A stretch of DNA of 64,000 nt. It comes from Veleropilina oligotropha (Eukaryota). The notes beneath the pieces were generated by a model, which was not told the DNA's origin, ran no database searches, and worked only from the letters and a program-made list of their open reading frames with translations. The stretch spans positions 62,001-126,000 of the forward strand of contig JBEUKZ010000081.1 of NCBI GenBank assembly GCA_048128005.1, in the 5' to 3' direction. Of the stretch, positions 11,916 through 25,700 are shown piece by piece. How positions within the stretch are numbered: the first letter of the stretch is position 1; every line of letters begins with the position of its first letter. Made by a program: the position numbers and the translations under genes.

Positions 11916-14900
11916 ATGTGCCTTGGCAATAGTGCAAATCAGTTTAGTGTAAATGATATTGTGAATGACCCCACAAAAAACTATATTTAAAACACGGACT
12001 CTCCGATAAATGATTTATGTGATTACTATGATCCAACAGATTTACATAAATTAATTTTTTCCGAATCGAATCTCAATATACTTCAGTTAAATATACATAG
12101 ATTGCCGAATAAAATTGATGAATTGAAGCAGCTATTGAAAACAATAGGTAACAAGAGTTCAAGCGAACTCGATATACGCCCGTATGAAAGGTATTAGTTT
12201 GAGAGCAAAATATGTGATATGACAAATAGCCTGTGGCAAAGATATAAGAGCTGAATGTTATTTAATATATACTTGGGATGGGCAACTCTGATTTAAACCT
12301 TGCAACATTTCATATATATAGATATATACCAGCAATAAATGAAAACAGTATTCTGTGTTGCAAACAATTTTATTTATGCAAAATATATCTCACTCATTTG
12401 TTATCCTAATTTGGGATACATCTGAAGTCCTATCAATAGCTGGACATATCCCACGACAATAATTGGCATTGGACATTCGAGCACAGACTTTTTGTTGCTG
12501 TATGTTAAAGAAAAAAAAAAGAAAGACAAACAGACAGACAGCGCTATACCACAAATTTGGTGCCTAACACACTATGTTCACCTGGTGTATACATCCACCA
12601 AAAATTATTGCTGTAAGTTAAAAACTGTATGAGATATATACCGGACAACAAGTGGATGGACAAAAATAAAGACAAACGGACGGACAGATAGACAGACAGG
12701 TGATGTCAGACCATAAATTTGGTATGCAACACTCCGTCTCCACCTGGTGTATACATTCACCAAAAATTATTGCTGTAAGTTCAAAACTATGAAAAATAGC
12801 CTGCACAACAAAAAAGACGAACGGATGAACAGACGGACAGACAGCGCTATACCACAAATTTGGTGCCTAACACACCATCTTCACCTGGTGTGTACATCCA
12901 CCAAAAAATATTGATGCAAGTTAAAAACTGTATAAGATATAACCCGGACAAAATGTGGATGAACAAAAAAAAAGACAAACGGACGAACAGACGGACTGAC
13001 AGATGGCGCAATACCATAAATTAGGTACTCTGCACACCATCTTCACCTGGTGTATACATCCATCTAAAATTATTGCTGTAAGTTAAAAACTGTATGAGAT
13101 ATATCCCGGACAACAAGTGGATGGACGAAAAAAAAGACAAACGGACGGACAGATAGACAGACGGGTGATGTCAGACCATAAATTTGGTACGCGACACTCC
13201 GTCTCCACCTGGTGTACACATTCACCAAAAATTATTGCTGTAAGTTCAAAACTGTATGAGATATATATAGCCTGGACAACAAAAAAGACAAACGGACGAA
13301 CAGACGGACTGACAGATGGCGCAATACCATAAATTAGGTACTCTGCACGCCATCTCCACCTGGTGAATACATCCACCAAAAATTGTAGTTGTAGGTTAAA
13401 AACTGTTAGAGATATAGCCCGGACAAGCGGACGGACGGACGGACGGACAGCGCCATACTATAATACGTTCCGTTTTTCAAACGGGCGTATAAAAATGGAT
13501 ATTCTGTAGTACTAATAAATGAAGCATTTAATACATACACAAAAATCGTTAAACCGACCCTTGATGAAATTGCACCAGAAAAAACTATTGCAATTTCCCC
13601 TAAAAATGAATATATAATGAATATATGACGCCAGGCCTATTAAAAAGCTAAAAAAACTGTGACTTATTGTATCGTAAAACAATAGGAAGAGACAAAAAAG
13701 AACCTATCTCTCTGAAGTATATAAAATATAGAAATATATTCAATAAAACTAAACGGCTTGCCAAACGCATGTATTATAACGAACGGCTAAACACCTTCAG
13801 AAATGACTCAAGAAAATTATGGGGACTGATTAATTCCATAATTGGTAACCATAAGAATAAGTCGAGCTTGCCAGATTACATCAGCTCCGATGGCATTAAA
13901 ATATTTAATCCTTTGGAAATGAGTAACAAATTTTGCAACTACTTCTCCAATGTGGGACATGACCTAGCCAGTAAAATTCCTACTAGTAACAAACATTTCA
14001 CAAAATATTTATCGAATAATTTTACAAATAGTTTCTACTTAAACCCAACAGACGACATGGAGATTGGTAACATTATTAAAAAATTAAAGAATAAAACTTC
14101 TAGTGGTTATGACGATATTAATAATATACTATTGATGAAACTATCAATATCAACCAATAAGCCGTTGGCTGTCTTATTCAATAAATCGATAGAATCTGGA
14201 ATTTTTCCTACTTGTTTGAAACAAGCTGATATAATTCCCTTAAATAAGAGTAAGGAAAAGAATCTAGTATGTAACTATAGACCTATATCCCTCCTCCCCG
14301 TTGTGTCAACAGTTTTAGAAAAAATCATTTACAAGAGATTATACGGATTTTTAACCGCAAATAATATCATATATAACGGTCAATATGGATTTCGTGAAAA
14401 GCATAATACAATTGATGCAATAAATGAACTAGTAAGTAATGTTTTAAAAGGGTTTGAGGAAAAAAATTACTCTAGCAGTTTTCCTGGATTTATCTAAAGC
14501 TTTCGACACTATCGATCATAGAATATTACTGTCAAAATTGGAGCATTATGGTATACGTGGATTACCGAAAAATTGGTTTACAAGTTATTTAAATAACCGA
14601 ACACAAAGAGTTAAATTACAAATCAGCACCTCAAATAAGCATATTTTTTCTGATCTTGCGAATACCGCCTGCGGTGTTCCGCAAGGATCTGTCCTGGGTC
14701 CTCTTCTATTCTTGATCTATGTCAATGACTTGAATAAATGTTTATTATATTTAAATATGATCAATTTCGCTGATGATACTCCAGTTTTTTGCAAAAGCGA
14801 AGTCTGTGAAAGAAGCGTGTCACTATGCATCTCATGATCTACGAATATTATCAGAATGGTTTCGAAGTAATAAACTTTCTTTAAATCTTAGTAAAACAAA

Positions 14901-15925
14901 TTATATAATATTCAAACCAACAAACAATGAACTATCAGACACCAATATTGATCTTAAAATTGATAATATCACTTTATTGAGAGTAAAAACGACAAAATTT
15001 CTTGGATTGATTCTAGATGAAAATCTAAACTGGATCGACCATGTATCAACTGTTCAAAACAAGATAATAAGAAATATTTAGTTTGCGGTTCTGTAAAAAT
15101 ATCTTACCAACATGGACCAAATGAACATCATATTTCAGTTTAATTCACGGTCATTTATCATATGGATTATTACTTTGGGGTCCAATGGTTAGACAGCATC
15201 ACTTTAACAAATTGTTTAAATTACAGAAAAAAATGGGCAGACTAGTAAAAAACAAAAGCTATAATGCTCCAACTAATCCAATATTTAAATCATTAGATAT
15301 TCTAAAGTTAGAAGATTTGATTGAAATTGAGCTATGCAAATTAGGATATAAATTTCGCCACAAGCAATTGCCACAATCTATACATAATATATTATCAAGG
15401 TCTTCCGATATACATAATTACAACACAAGAAATAGATACAACCCAATTATACAAAGACACACCAGGGAAATATACAACAGAAGTTTACTATGTAAAATGC
15501 CATGTTCGTGGGGGAATGTAGCACATGAATTACAGGAGAGTAAAACAATTAATATATATTTTCAAAACAATTTAGAAAGATCAGAATAGCATCTTACTAA
15601 AAATCTTCTTTTTTGAGTCCAAACATAACGACACATTAAGTATATCCAGAAAATATTATAAACGTTTGACACTATTGAATTTGTATTAGTAAATTTAGGC
15701 ACCTTAGCATATAAATATAAGTATATTTAATCTGTATAAGGGTGACGCTACCTTATAAGGTCACGATCTTAATTATGAGGCAGTCTTAATGACTCGAGCA
15801 TCAACCTGTTTTTTTCACAATGGTAGCGCATACCATAATATTTATATTGCGTACTGCAAATATTATTGTATATAATATATATTGTTACCATTGGAGAAAA
15901 TGAATAAATATCTATCTATCTATCT
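11916..15925 (+). mobile_element. L2/Crack-like LINE ORF2 relic (EN start, RT, 3' tail), interrupted by a HINE
   Basis: EN start LNILQLNIHRLPNKIDELK at ~12070; RT motifs YRPISLLP, DLSKAFDT, GVPQGSVLGP, FADDT and HNYNTR. The 3' end is AATAAA followed by (TCTA)n at ~15903-15925. Confidence 0.85.
12150..13495 (+). mobile_element. Helentron-associated non-autonomous element (HINE-like) with internal ~140-160 bp tandem array
   Basis: 5' AACAAGAG, subterminal IR TATACGCCCG (12173) / CGGGCGTATA (13482), about 6 tandem units with GACG/GACA microsatellite, and a 3' hairpin ATACGTTCCGTTT-TTC-AAACGGGCGTAT. Confidence 0.75.
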
Positions 15926-16769
15926 GTAATTGAATTATTGTCCTTATTGGCGGCTATCTTGAATTTGCCAGCCATCTTGGAAAAAAATCAAGTGGCCCCA
16001 TATCCAAAAATATTATGTAGACCAATCTTTATCACTTTGTAAAATTTCATGCTTTTAACCCGAAACCCCCAATTGTTATATAAATATGCACCATTCTGCA
16101 GGACTATTGTCGAGACAGCTGGTTTGTCTAAACTCCGATCTGACCCATATATATATATAGGCAGGTGCATTCTATTACTGTTAACGCCGGAGCTGGGGGC
16201 GAAGCCACATCCCTTCGTCCCGCTTAACTTTTTCTGATGCTGTAACAGTTGAGCTATCAAGGACAGTTAGGGTCCGGATGTAAGAACAGTGTCAATTTTA
16301 ACTGGTCCATGAGTTACCCTCATTGTATCACTTAAAAGTGATTGGGTAGGGTGAACACAATGCCATGGAAGTCGTCATTTGAAAGGTTGCTGGTCTTATT
16401 GTGTTATAAATTGTCCACATCCCCAGTTGTGAAATCACCTGATCGCATATTGGTATGCAGAAAAAACAACACCACCTTCTTCAATCCTAAAAAGTTTCCT
16501 AATATCTTTAGCACTGTCAGTTGCCTAGATGCTTTTCGACATATATTTGAAATGCGTGTGTCAACTTTAAGCAGAACATCAATATGTCAACACAGAGTAA
16601 TTGCACAGTCTTTTCACATTTGATGTCGGTGTTCGCAACATTAAATTGAGGAAAACTGTTTTTGAAGTTGCGCCCAACACACTTGGCTTGAAATTTGTCG
16701 GGATTAAATTTTCCTTCATACCATTGGTGTAAAACCATTCAATAAGAATAGAGGCCTCCCTTTCTAGTA

Positions 16770-18296
16770 GACTGATGCACATAAAAAACGCAACATTTGC
16801 AAAGTACTATATTTCATGAAAATAAAGATTTTGTACACTGGTAGAAATTAATGAGAGTTCAACAGAGTAAATATGAAACATAATTCATGACTGCAATAAT
16901 CAAAATTTTGTAATGGGTTTCTGCTATGATGTCCGAAACCAACGTTGCTCATATTGCACATTCACACACACTCAATAACGTGTAGGTCCTCCATTGGACT
17001 GAATGCAGGCCTGACAACGGGAACGCATGGACCGAATTAGTCTTTGTATACGTTGTTGAGGGATGTTACGCCACTCCTCCCGCAAAGCTGCCGCCAGTTG
17101 TCGAAGAGTTACTGGTTGTGGACGACGATGAGCAATCGCTCTACCCAACTCATCTCACAAATGTTCTATGGGCGATAAATCAGGGGAGCAAGCCGGCCAT
17201 GGCAATGTTTCCACGTCATGCTGTCTGAAATATTCAATGGTGACTCGGGCAACATGAGGGCGGACATTATCCTGTTGAAAAACATCGAGATCGACATGGT
17301 TACCAAAAAATGGTACGACGACTGGCGTCAGGACCTGGTCAATGTAGCGTCTAGCAGTCACATTACCATCCAGGACAATGATATCGGTCCTATGGTTAAA
17401 GGAGATTCCTCCCCACACCATTACACTACCACCACCCCAGCGATTGACATCACGTATGCAACAGGCAGCGTAGCGTTCACCGCGTCGTCGCCAAACACGT
17501 TCGCGGCCATCTGCCCTGTGCAGCGAAAATCTGGACTCGTCACTGAACAAAACTGCATTCCAGTCACTACGTACGTGTCCACCTTAGGTGTTGTCTGGCC
17601 CACTGTAGTCTACGTTGTCGGTGTTGTGGTGTCAGAAGTGGTGCTCGGTATGGCCTTCGGGCATGAAGGTTGTGTTCATGAAGCCGCCTTGTTACAGTCA
17701 TCCGGCTGATGCGAGGATTATGTATACCAGGTTTCTGTTGCTGTTTGGACGGCGGTTCTGAAGCGATCACGCAAGTGCTGGAGACGTACGTGACGATCTT
17801 GACCTGGTGTCGTCACTCTCGGACGTCCAGAACGGCGCCGATCATCTGTACAGTTCGTTGCTGCATGGCGTTGCAACAACCGAGTAATAGTGGAGGAGGC
17901 ACAATTCATTATTCTTGCGACTTCACGACAAGAGACCCCAGCTTCCATTAAACCAATGGCACGGTTCCGGTCAGCACAACTGAGGCGAGACATTTTGTCA
18001 ACTTTCTCCGTTATTTGGCACAAAGTCTTCCCGTCTTTTGTGTCGAATGAATTGCAGGTGTCGTATAAACCTGTTTTTATACAGGACTGGAGCCCATGCT
18101 TTGCTCGGTCGACACAATGTACTGTTTGTCGGTCTTGACCATTACATGTACAGTACAATAAGGTGCTCTTCAATAGGACGGCCAATTACTCAGAAAACAT
18201 TATGCAACTTGAACAATATCAATTGATTGCTCTACGACATACATGTCAGGCACGGAGACAGGGTACAGGGTGTTGCGTTTTTTATGTGCATCAGTA
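16770..18296 (-). mobile_element. Tc1/mariner DNA transposon, DD34E, defective transposase (17993->16972)
   Basis: Perfect 25-bp TIR ACTGATGCACATAAAAAACGCAACA (16771-16795 / 18271-18295) with TA on both sides. HTH N-terminus (GRPR), FSDES, QQDN + 34 aa + E (SPDLSPIE). One frameshift and two premature stops. Confidence 0.95.
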
Positions 18297-19044
18297 TAAA
18301 TTCTTCATATCTTGGACATTTTCATTTATGTAATTTAAGGTATTATCGTCAGCATAATTGTATAAAGCTGACTCCTTGATTGTATAAAAGATATCGTTCA
18401 TAAAATATTTAAAATCATGGGTCCAAGTATTGAGCCCTGGGGCACTCCTTTTAGTAACGGTTTCCAATCACTGATGTTGGGCCCCAGTCTAACCCTCTGA
18501 CACCTGCTCCCATGATAGCTTCGCAGGACGCTTATAGCCTCGAACCACCATAAGGTGATAGCTTCCTTAGGAACAGGTCATGCGGGAGGCAGTCGAAGGC
18601 CCTGGATAAGTCCATTAAGATGGCTCCAACGAAGTTGCGATCATCCAAGGCCCCTCGCCAGTCACCCAGCATGCGCCGAAGGGTAGTATGACACCCAAAA
18701 CCAGATATGTAAGCACTATAAGAAAATGGTTAAAAACATCGTCAAAAAATGAGGTTTTTAAGTAAACCTAATATTAGTTAAAACATACTTACGTCCTTAC
18801 TCTTGCCATAATAGTCATATTATCGCTAACCGGAAACAGTGAATAAAGTCACATTTAGGCACTTATTAAGTCAAAACGTACTACGATTACATCCCCTGCT
18901 CCCGCTCTCTAAGTTCCCCCGGCGAGATCTCGCCAAGTCTCGTGAGATATCCGAGCTCGAGATCACAAGACCTCAATTCAAAGTTCAGAACCCCAAAGGA
19001 ACTTAGTAGAGGGGAGGAATGCGAAACGCAGGGTGGGTAATCGT

Positions 19045-19134
19045 AGTAAGGACGTAAGTATGTTTTAACTAATATTAGGTTTACTTAAAAACCTCATATG
19101 TAGTTACAAACTACTTACGTCCTTACTCTTGCCA
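19045..19134. other. DIRS internal complementary region (ICR), copy 1
   Basis: It is the joined complement of both element termini: ...AAAAACCTCA-TAT-GTAGTTACAAAC... Confidence 0.9.
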
Positions 19135-19984
19135 GAATAACCGTGGATAGGTGGGTAAGAAGTTCCTTACAACAACCCAAACAAGATAATGACTTACTTT
19201 TCACCATTTCAATCAGCATGAAGCGTCGATTGTGTCCGCCCAGAGTGGAATTTACTGAGTATTATATTCTACTCTTACCAAGCGAGAATTTCGACCAGTG
19301 TTACCGGGAGAATACGCCGTGGTGTGAGTCGGACAAGGTGAACGGAAGTGCAATCAGCCCCAGGCACGGCCGGAAGGATGAATCCTTGTAGGTCTTACGT
19401 GTCATGGGCCAGTGGCAGCCAAATGGTACTCCGGGCCATAGCCAGAGGATGCAGTCGGATTTGTAAGCACACGGAACCTAATAGGTTGTGAAAGCGTAAA
19501 ATCAAAAGCAAAGAATTAATAGATTAAATAAATAATCGATATTAATAAGTGATTCGCATGACCAACTTGCGAAACGCTAACATGTACGACATGTTACTTA
19601 AAATAAATTTTAAGGAAGCAAATATTAAAAAAAATTTCAATGTCTTGAACATCGTATGTTCGATAACAGCATAGAACAACAAATAATATTGAACCTCAAA
19701 ATCCTATAAGATTTTCGCAATATAGTTGTTTATTAAATTCAATGTGAACTGGCTTGAATATACTCAGGTATGACATGAAGTACAAAATCTTAAAATGTTT
19801 TTAAGAAATGAACAGACATTGAATCGCCTCATATGTGTCTATTTCATAGAACAGCTAGGCCAACAATAACATTGCGTCAGCACGGATTATGTAAATTGAT
19901 AAATCAAGAAATAATACTCACTGATTAGACGACCTCGGTCTAACAATACATCGTTGAGCAGTTACTATGTAGACTGCACAATCC

Positions 19985-20972
19985 ATCAGCCGCATGGAAT
20001 AATCCCACAGAAAAGGCTTAATAAAGACATTTTGAGAAGCAACGCTGAGATGTGTATCCGCGAAAGCACGGACCTCGTGCGCGCGGATCGATACAATAGT
20101 GCGCGCGGCCTACTTTTCACAGCGAGAGTAGTCTCTCACTACCTGTGAAAACCTCCGCGAAACAGTCGTCTACGTAATGTCGCGGATATAAGAAGGTAAA
20201 TACGAATAAAATATACGTAGTTTTCCCTGCCGCGTATCACGGGTCCTGTCGAGGTAGTAACGTAGGCACGCATATGACAGGTTCATCGGTCCACATCGGG
20301 TCTCTGACCAGCGTAAAGCTTGGGGATAACGATATCGGGTGCGTCTCGTTCGGCCGTTGATTCTTGGCGAGGGAACCCAAGATATGACGCTGCATCACCG
20401 ACCCGTCGACTGGAAACGAACGTTTCGTAGCTCTGCGGATAGACTATGAAATACGGAACAACGCCTGCCCGACGCTAAGGCGATCAGAAAAATCCGTTTT
20501 GTGCGTTAAGTTCCTCATAGAGGTCGGGCCCATAGGCTAGTATGGGTAGAAGGAGAGCGTTAAGAATGAGAGCGATGTTTCAGGCTGGCGGCCGTATCGT
20601 ACGGGTCGAAATTTCGAGTTCGAAGGATCGTAGAAAACCAAATCGTTCGGTCGCTAGGGAGGCTAACACGGGCACGGCACTCGCGACCGTTGTCCGATAG
20701 CCTTTGACGGCGGACACTGACATACCGCGTTCAAAGAGCGACGATAAAAACTCGATAAACTTGTTCACATGGGGGCGGAGTATATTGTCCTGCCGGCTGT
20801 GACACCAATCCACGTACTTAACCCATCGGTAGTCATAAACTTTAGTCGTGGAAAGCCTTCTCGATCGGGAGATGCGTAGGGCTGTTGCGCGAGAAATTCC
20901 TTTCTTAGCAAGGGATCGTTCGATAACCGCCAGGCGTGTAAACGTAAGTCGTTCGGCGATGTTGTAATACAC
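19985..20972 (-). pseudogene. DIRS tyrosine recombinase (frameshifted, C-terminally altered), copy 1
   Basis: SRRLSTTKVYDYRW and IEFLSSLF...AVKGYR (core-binding domain); RAHEVRAF (HxxR). Confidence 0.8.
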
Positions 20973-22700
20973 GGCTGCGCGCCTGCATTAACCGGCCCGG
21001 TCTCTGCGGGAGCGATAACGGTCGGTCGACGATCAGATCGAGGAGGGTCGGAAACCAAGGTTGCGTGCGATATAGGGGCGCGATTAGCGTTATCTTGCAA
21101 CGTTCGTTCGATGCCTTCTGTAATACCAGTGTTAGAATGCACGACGGGGGGAAGGCATACGCGGACAGATTCTCCCATGTCATTGACAGTGCGGCGACCG
21201 CTAGGGCGGCCGGGTCCGGGTACGGGGAGACATACAGAGGTAGTCGGTAATTAAATTCTGTTGCAAACAGATCGACTTGGGGTTGTGACCACCGGCGACA
21301 AACGTCCCGAGCTACTCGGCTGTGTAGCGTCCACTCTGTGTGTATTATCTGTGATTTCCGAGAGAGCGAGTCCGCTCTGACATTCAGCTTTCCCGGGATG
21401 TGTCGGGCTCGAATCGTCGAGATGAGGGACATCACTAGGCGGTGTAGGTCTATTGCTCGGTCGCAATGGGGATGCGAGCGAGTGCCGCCCTGGTGCTGGA
21501 TGTAAGCGACGACAGTCGTGTTGTCCGTGGCGAGCATTATGTGCTTGTTGCGGAGGTGTGACGAGAGGGACCGTACTGACAGGTAGACGGCTTCTAACTC
21601 TAGGAAGTTGATGTGTCGTCCCTGAAGGTCCGTCGGCCATAGGCCTGATGTCTCGTAACTGTCGAGGTGACCACCCCAGCCGTCGTTCGAAGCGTCTGTG
21701 AACAGGTAAGTGTTCGGCTCTGGCGGGGATATAGGAACCGACTGGTCCGGCAAAGCAGGGTTCAACCACACTGCTGTTGTGCTGGTAACCCAATGCCGAA
21801 GATCGATGCGATCCGTCCACTGCCCCGTCCGTTGTATCCAGCGATCCCTGAACGCCTGTTGTAACGGTCGTTTGTCCATGCGACCCGTCGGTAGCAGGGT
21901 CGCTACCGACTCGAAGTGCCCCAGGACAGTGGCCAGTTGTCGCGCTGTAGTTATGTCCGATGACAGGGTGTCTTGGATAACCGCGCGTAGGTTCCGCATA
22001 CGTTTCTGGGTCGGTTTCGCGGTGTACCGGACCGTATCGAAGTCGACTCCGAGAAACGTAAACGTCGTCGAGGGCACGAAGCCGGATTTTGTCTCGTTGA
22101 TCTGAAATCCCAGGCGCTTTGTCGATGACAGGGTAAAGCTCGTAGACCGGAGGCACAGATCTCGGGACGCCCCGAGGATCAGCCAGTCGTCGAGGTATAT
22201 ATGTACCCTGAGCCCTAGAGAGTGTAGGAAGGCTCCGAGGGCCTGTACTGTTCTCGTGAAGACGTACGGGGCTGACGATAGACCGAACGGTAGGCACCTC
22301 AATGGTAGATCGTCTCCCCGTGTATAAACCGAAGGTACTGATGAGCCGTGATATGCATCGGGACATGCAGATACGCGTCGGTCAGATCGATAGACGCTGC
22401 CCAGTCGCCCGGACGGATGGCCGCTCGTATCTTCGAGAGGGTTTCCTGCTGGAATTTCTCGGTACGAAGATATTGGTTGAGATACGAGAGATCGAAGATC
22501 GGTCGCTAGCGGCCATCGAGTTTCGGGACCAGGAAGAAATGGCTGTATTATCCTGGTGTGCTGGGCGGCGCGGGATATATTGCTCCTTGAGGAGTAGGTC
22601 CCGCACTGCCTGGTCTAAGACCGCTTGCTTCTCTCCGTTTAGGAGGCGAGCGTGTCTTGGTGGTGGTGCCTCGTTTAGGGTCGGATGCCGGTTGAACCAA
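20905..22700 (-). pseudogene. DIRS RT-RNaseH-MT polyprotein, copy 1 (N-terminal part frameshifted)
   Basis: The 465-aa ORF 20905..22302 carries RT YLDD, RNase H and Dam-like motifs; upstream RT motifs (HFFLVPK, DLTDAYLHVP) lie in shifted frames. Confidence 0.9.
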
Positions 22701-25700
22701 CTTGTATCCGGCACTCACGACGGAGGGACCCAGCTACTGTCTGGTAGTCTAGCCACGGCTGGCTGTACGCTAACAGATACGCTTCCACCGGCGGAAGCGG
22801 GCAGCTGGGACTGTCGTGTGTGCCGGCAGCCCTAGGGCCGAGGCTTCCCTCTCCCGCTCTGACGGGAGCTTGTTGGAGGTGCTTGCCTCTTCGGAGTGGG
22901 TTAATGGCCGGGGGCCTACCACCAGAAGAGGGCCATGCACGCTTGGAAGGCGTCGGGGTCCGGGTGGGCCCTGAATGCTTCCTCAAGTCGGCGGGTGGAC
23001 CCCCGGGGGGTGCAGCACCGCCTACTCGATGGTACGGTCCATCAGGTCCGCCGCTCTCTGTCGACGAATTCCGAGAAATCGTCGCCAAATAGAGTGGTGG
23101 CCGAGCAAGGCACGCATCGCAATGAGCGCCGGGTGGCCTCATCTAGCGAGGTGTCTTTCAGGCAAGCGTCCCTACGAAGTAGGCGTTACCCAGGACACGT
23201 CCCGTCTCCAACGCGCTGGTCTCCATAACGGCAGCAACCTCCTGGAGGAAGGACAGGGCAGCCCACGGGCGCCGGGTCCATCCTCCTGTAATACGGCTAT
23301 CGCCCCGTCTAGGAAAAATCCTGAACGGACGACAGCCGCAGAGCCCATCGGGCGGAGCTCTCGAAAGCTTCCAAGGCGAACCCAGGAACTCTCGCTACAG
23401 AGGGAGTGTGACTGGCGGTCAGTCAACGCAACGCTGCGTCAACACGAGCCGGCTCAGTCGCCAGGCACGGACCAGTACATGCGAACGGGATCGAACGCGA
23501 ACTGGCCCGGAGGTACCTCCCACTACGGAACCCCGAAGGGTACTCGGTCAGTGGGGACGACTCCACCGGATTGCGCCCCCGACTGAGCTTGGTTGTCGAG
23601 TCAACACCAGATCAACCAGCCCAGACTGAGGTAAGGAAGGAAGCAAGGGGGCTTCCTTCTCAACAAACCGATGCGCCGCCGTCCTGTGCTTGACCGGGCC
23701 TACATACGACCGAGTCGGTTCCGGCCGGTCAAGCACCCCGCGAAGTGACGCAACAGCGTCGAGTTCGGCGGGTGGTGGAGGTCGGCTCCTGCGTGCCTGG
23801 AAGACTACCAGCGTCTTCGGGCCCGACCGATACAGGGAGGTCGGAGTGAGTGGAGTCGAGGTCCTCGTCGGAACGAGGTTCGATCCCCACCACGGAGGCA
23901 GGAGCCGTGCTCTGCGCCACAGGCAGAGGTGTAGGTACCTGGAGCGGCTAGGAAGCCGGTTGCCAGGCCCGACATCGGGACTCGAACTCCGCCGCGAACA
24001 TAGCCTGGACGTTCTCCAAAGAGAAACCCGGAGGCATGACGGGCGTCGAACTAACAGCCGGTAGTTCGGTCGAAGTCACCGTGGCGCTAGGTAGACGGGC
24101 TGCATGGACAGGTGTAGCCGAGAACCCTTTTTTAGGGTCTCGGGACACGTGTCGAGTGGTCGAACCCGAAAGAACGGCCCGGAGGCGCGTTCGGTGGGCC
24201 GGACGACCGGTAGGACTGCGGCAACAGTCCGTATTGGTCTACCACTCTGTTCGCGAGAGGCACGGTCGGAAAACCGCCGTAGAACCCCTCACCGAACGCA
24301 GCCAGTCTGTCCACGTTCTCTAGCGTGACCATCGTGGGTGCACGGGAGAGAACGGGCCCTCTGAAAAGCTCGTGAGCATCGAGGTTGAGCGGAAAACCCT
24401 TAGGGGTAGTCGCGTCGGTCTCGAACGAGGATTCAGGTGTCACCAATTGTCCGGATCTTAGACCATCGTAATGGTGTCCGGCCTCTTTAAAGGCTTTCTC
24501 ATTGGGTCGCTCCCCGTCGTTAAACGGAGAGTTTCCCGCAGAAGGACTAACTTTCCCCGTATTCTTCGAGGCCGAAGAAAAGGATGGGGAATGTCTGCCC
24601 TGTTCAGCGGTTCGCTGCGTTGCCAGATATACCTTGCTAGCCGGCAAGTGGCTGCAGTTACTAGGCCCGTTTTAGGAGGATCGAACAGCACTCGGGCTCC
24701 TACCTGAATCTGGGGTCCCGGCAAGGTTACGGCGACTCCCCCATGAGTCGCGGAGGTTACGCCGGTAGATCCGGCGACAGACGGTATTCCTTTTATGGTC
24801 GACTGTCGTCCAGCGGTCCCTGAAGTAGACGTTAATTCCCTTTAACCTACCATTTTGTCCATTCTCGGGGGAGAACCCACCGTGGTAACCGCACTGGTCG
24901 CCTCCATCGGTGGATATACGATCGCCCACTGCCTGCTGGTAAAATCTAGGCACAGTTCACATTTATAAGACTTACTGTCAGTTACGGTGAACACGGCATT
25001 CCGTGCGCCTAGAAATCCGTGAAACTTCGGGTTACACCCGGAGTTGCACCGGACCATACTTCCCTCTACCTGAATACACGGGAGGGGAGTAGTGGGTGGA
25101 ACGGGGTAGTTAAAAGTATATATTTGGTAGTTGTGACTATTTACTACGACAACTCTTAAAATTGCCCTGATCTGAAGATCAAAGATCAGGCGATATACCG
25201 CAAAAAAACCCCGAACTGGGAACACCGAGGCCGGGTAATAACCCGGCACGACCCGGTAAAAAACCCGGCAAATTGACTAGAACAAACGGGGGTTCTTTCT
25301 TAGAAAAAACCGCCCAGGAAAACACCTGAAGCCTCGTGGATGTTTTTATGTTAGTACAATGGCGTATTATCCCAGAAACGGCAGGATATCAGAATAACTA
25401 AAAGTGATATCTAAACAATCCTGCCTATTAACGACGCTAGAATTTTTATACAATAATAACCAGCAATAGCGTCGTTAAGGAATTATCCAATATAATGAGT
25501 TACCTGTTTGCAGTCTCAAACAATGTCAGATAAAAATACCGACCAGAAATTTCTTCTACACACGAAACTTCCCCTCGAAGCGGCCATGCTTTTCCTCAGC
25601 AACAGCGGCGATGTCGGTTTCACTGATTTTCACACTTCTCGAAGTTTAGAATCACAATCTTCCTATATTCACTTGTGTTTAATTATCCACAACACAGGGT

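Noticed and set aside
21140..21290. DNA adenine methyltransferase-like domain as a novelty or bacterial HGT
   Set aside because: It is a known standard component of DIRS1 elements.
22302..24724. Many plus-strand ORFs within the DIRS elements (also 59700-62000)
   Set aside because: Antisense shadows of GC-rich gag/pol sequence with no recognisable motifs.
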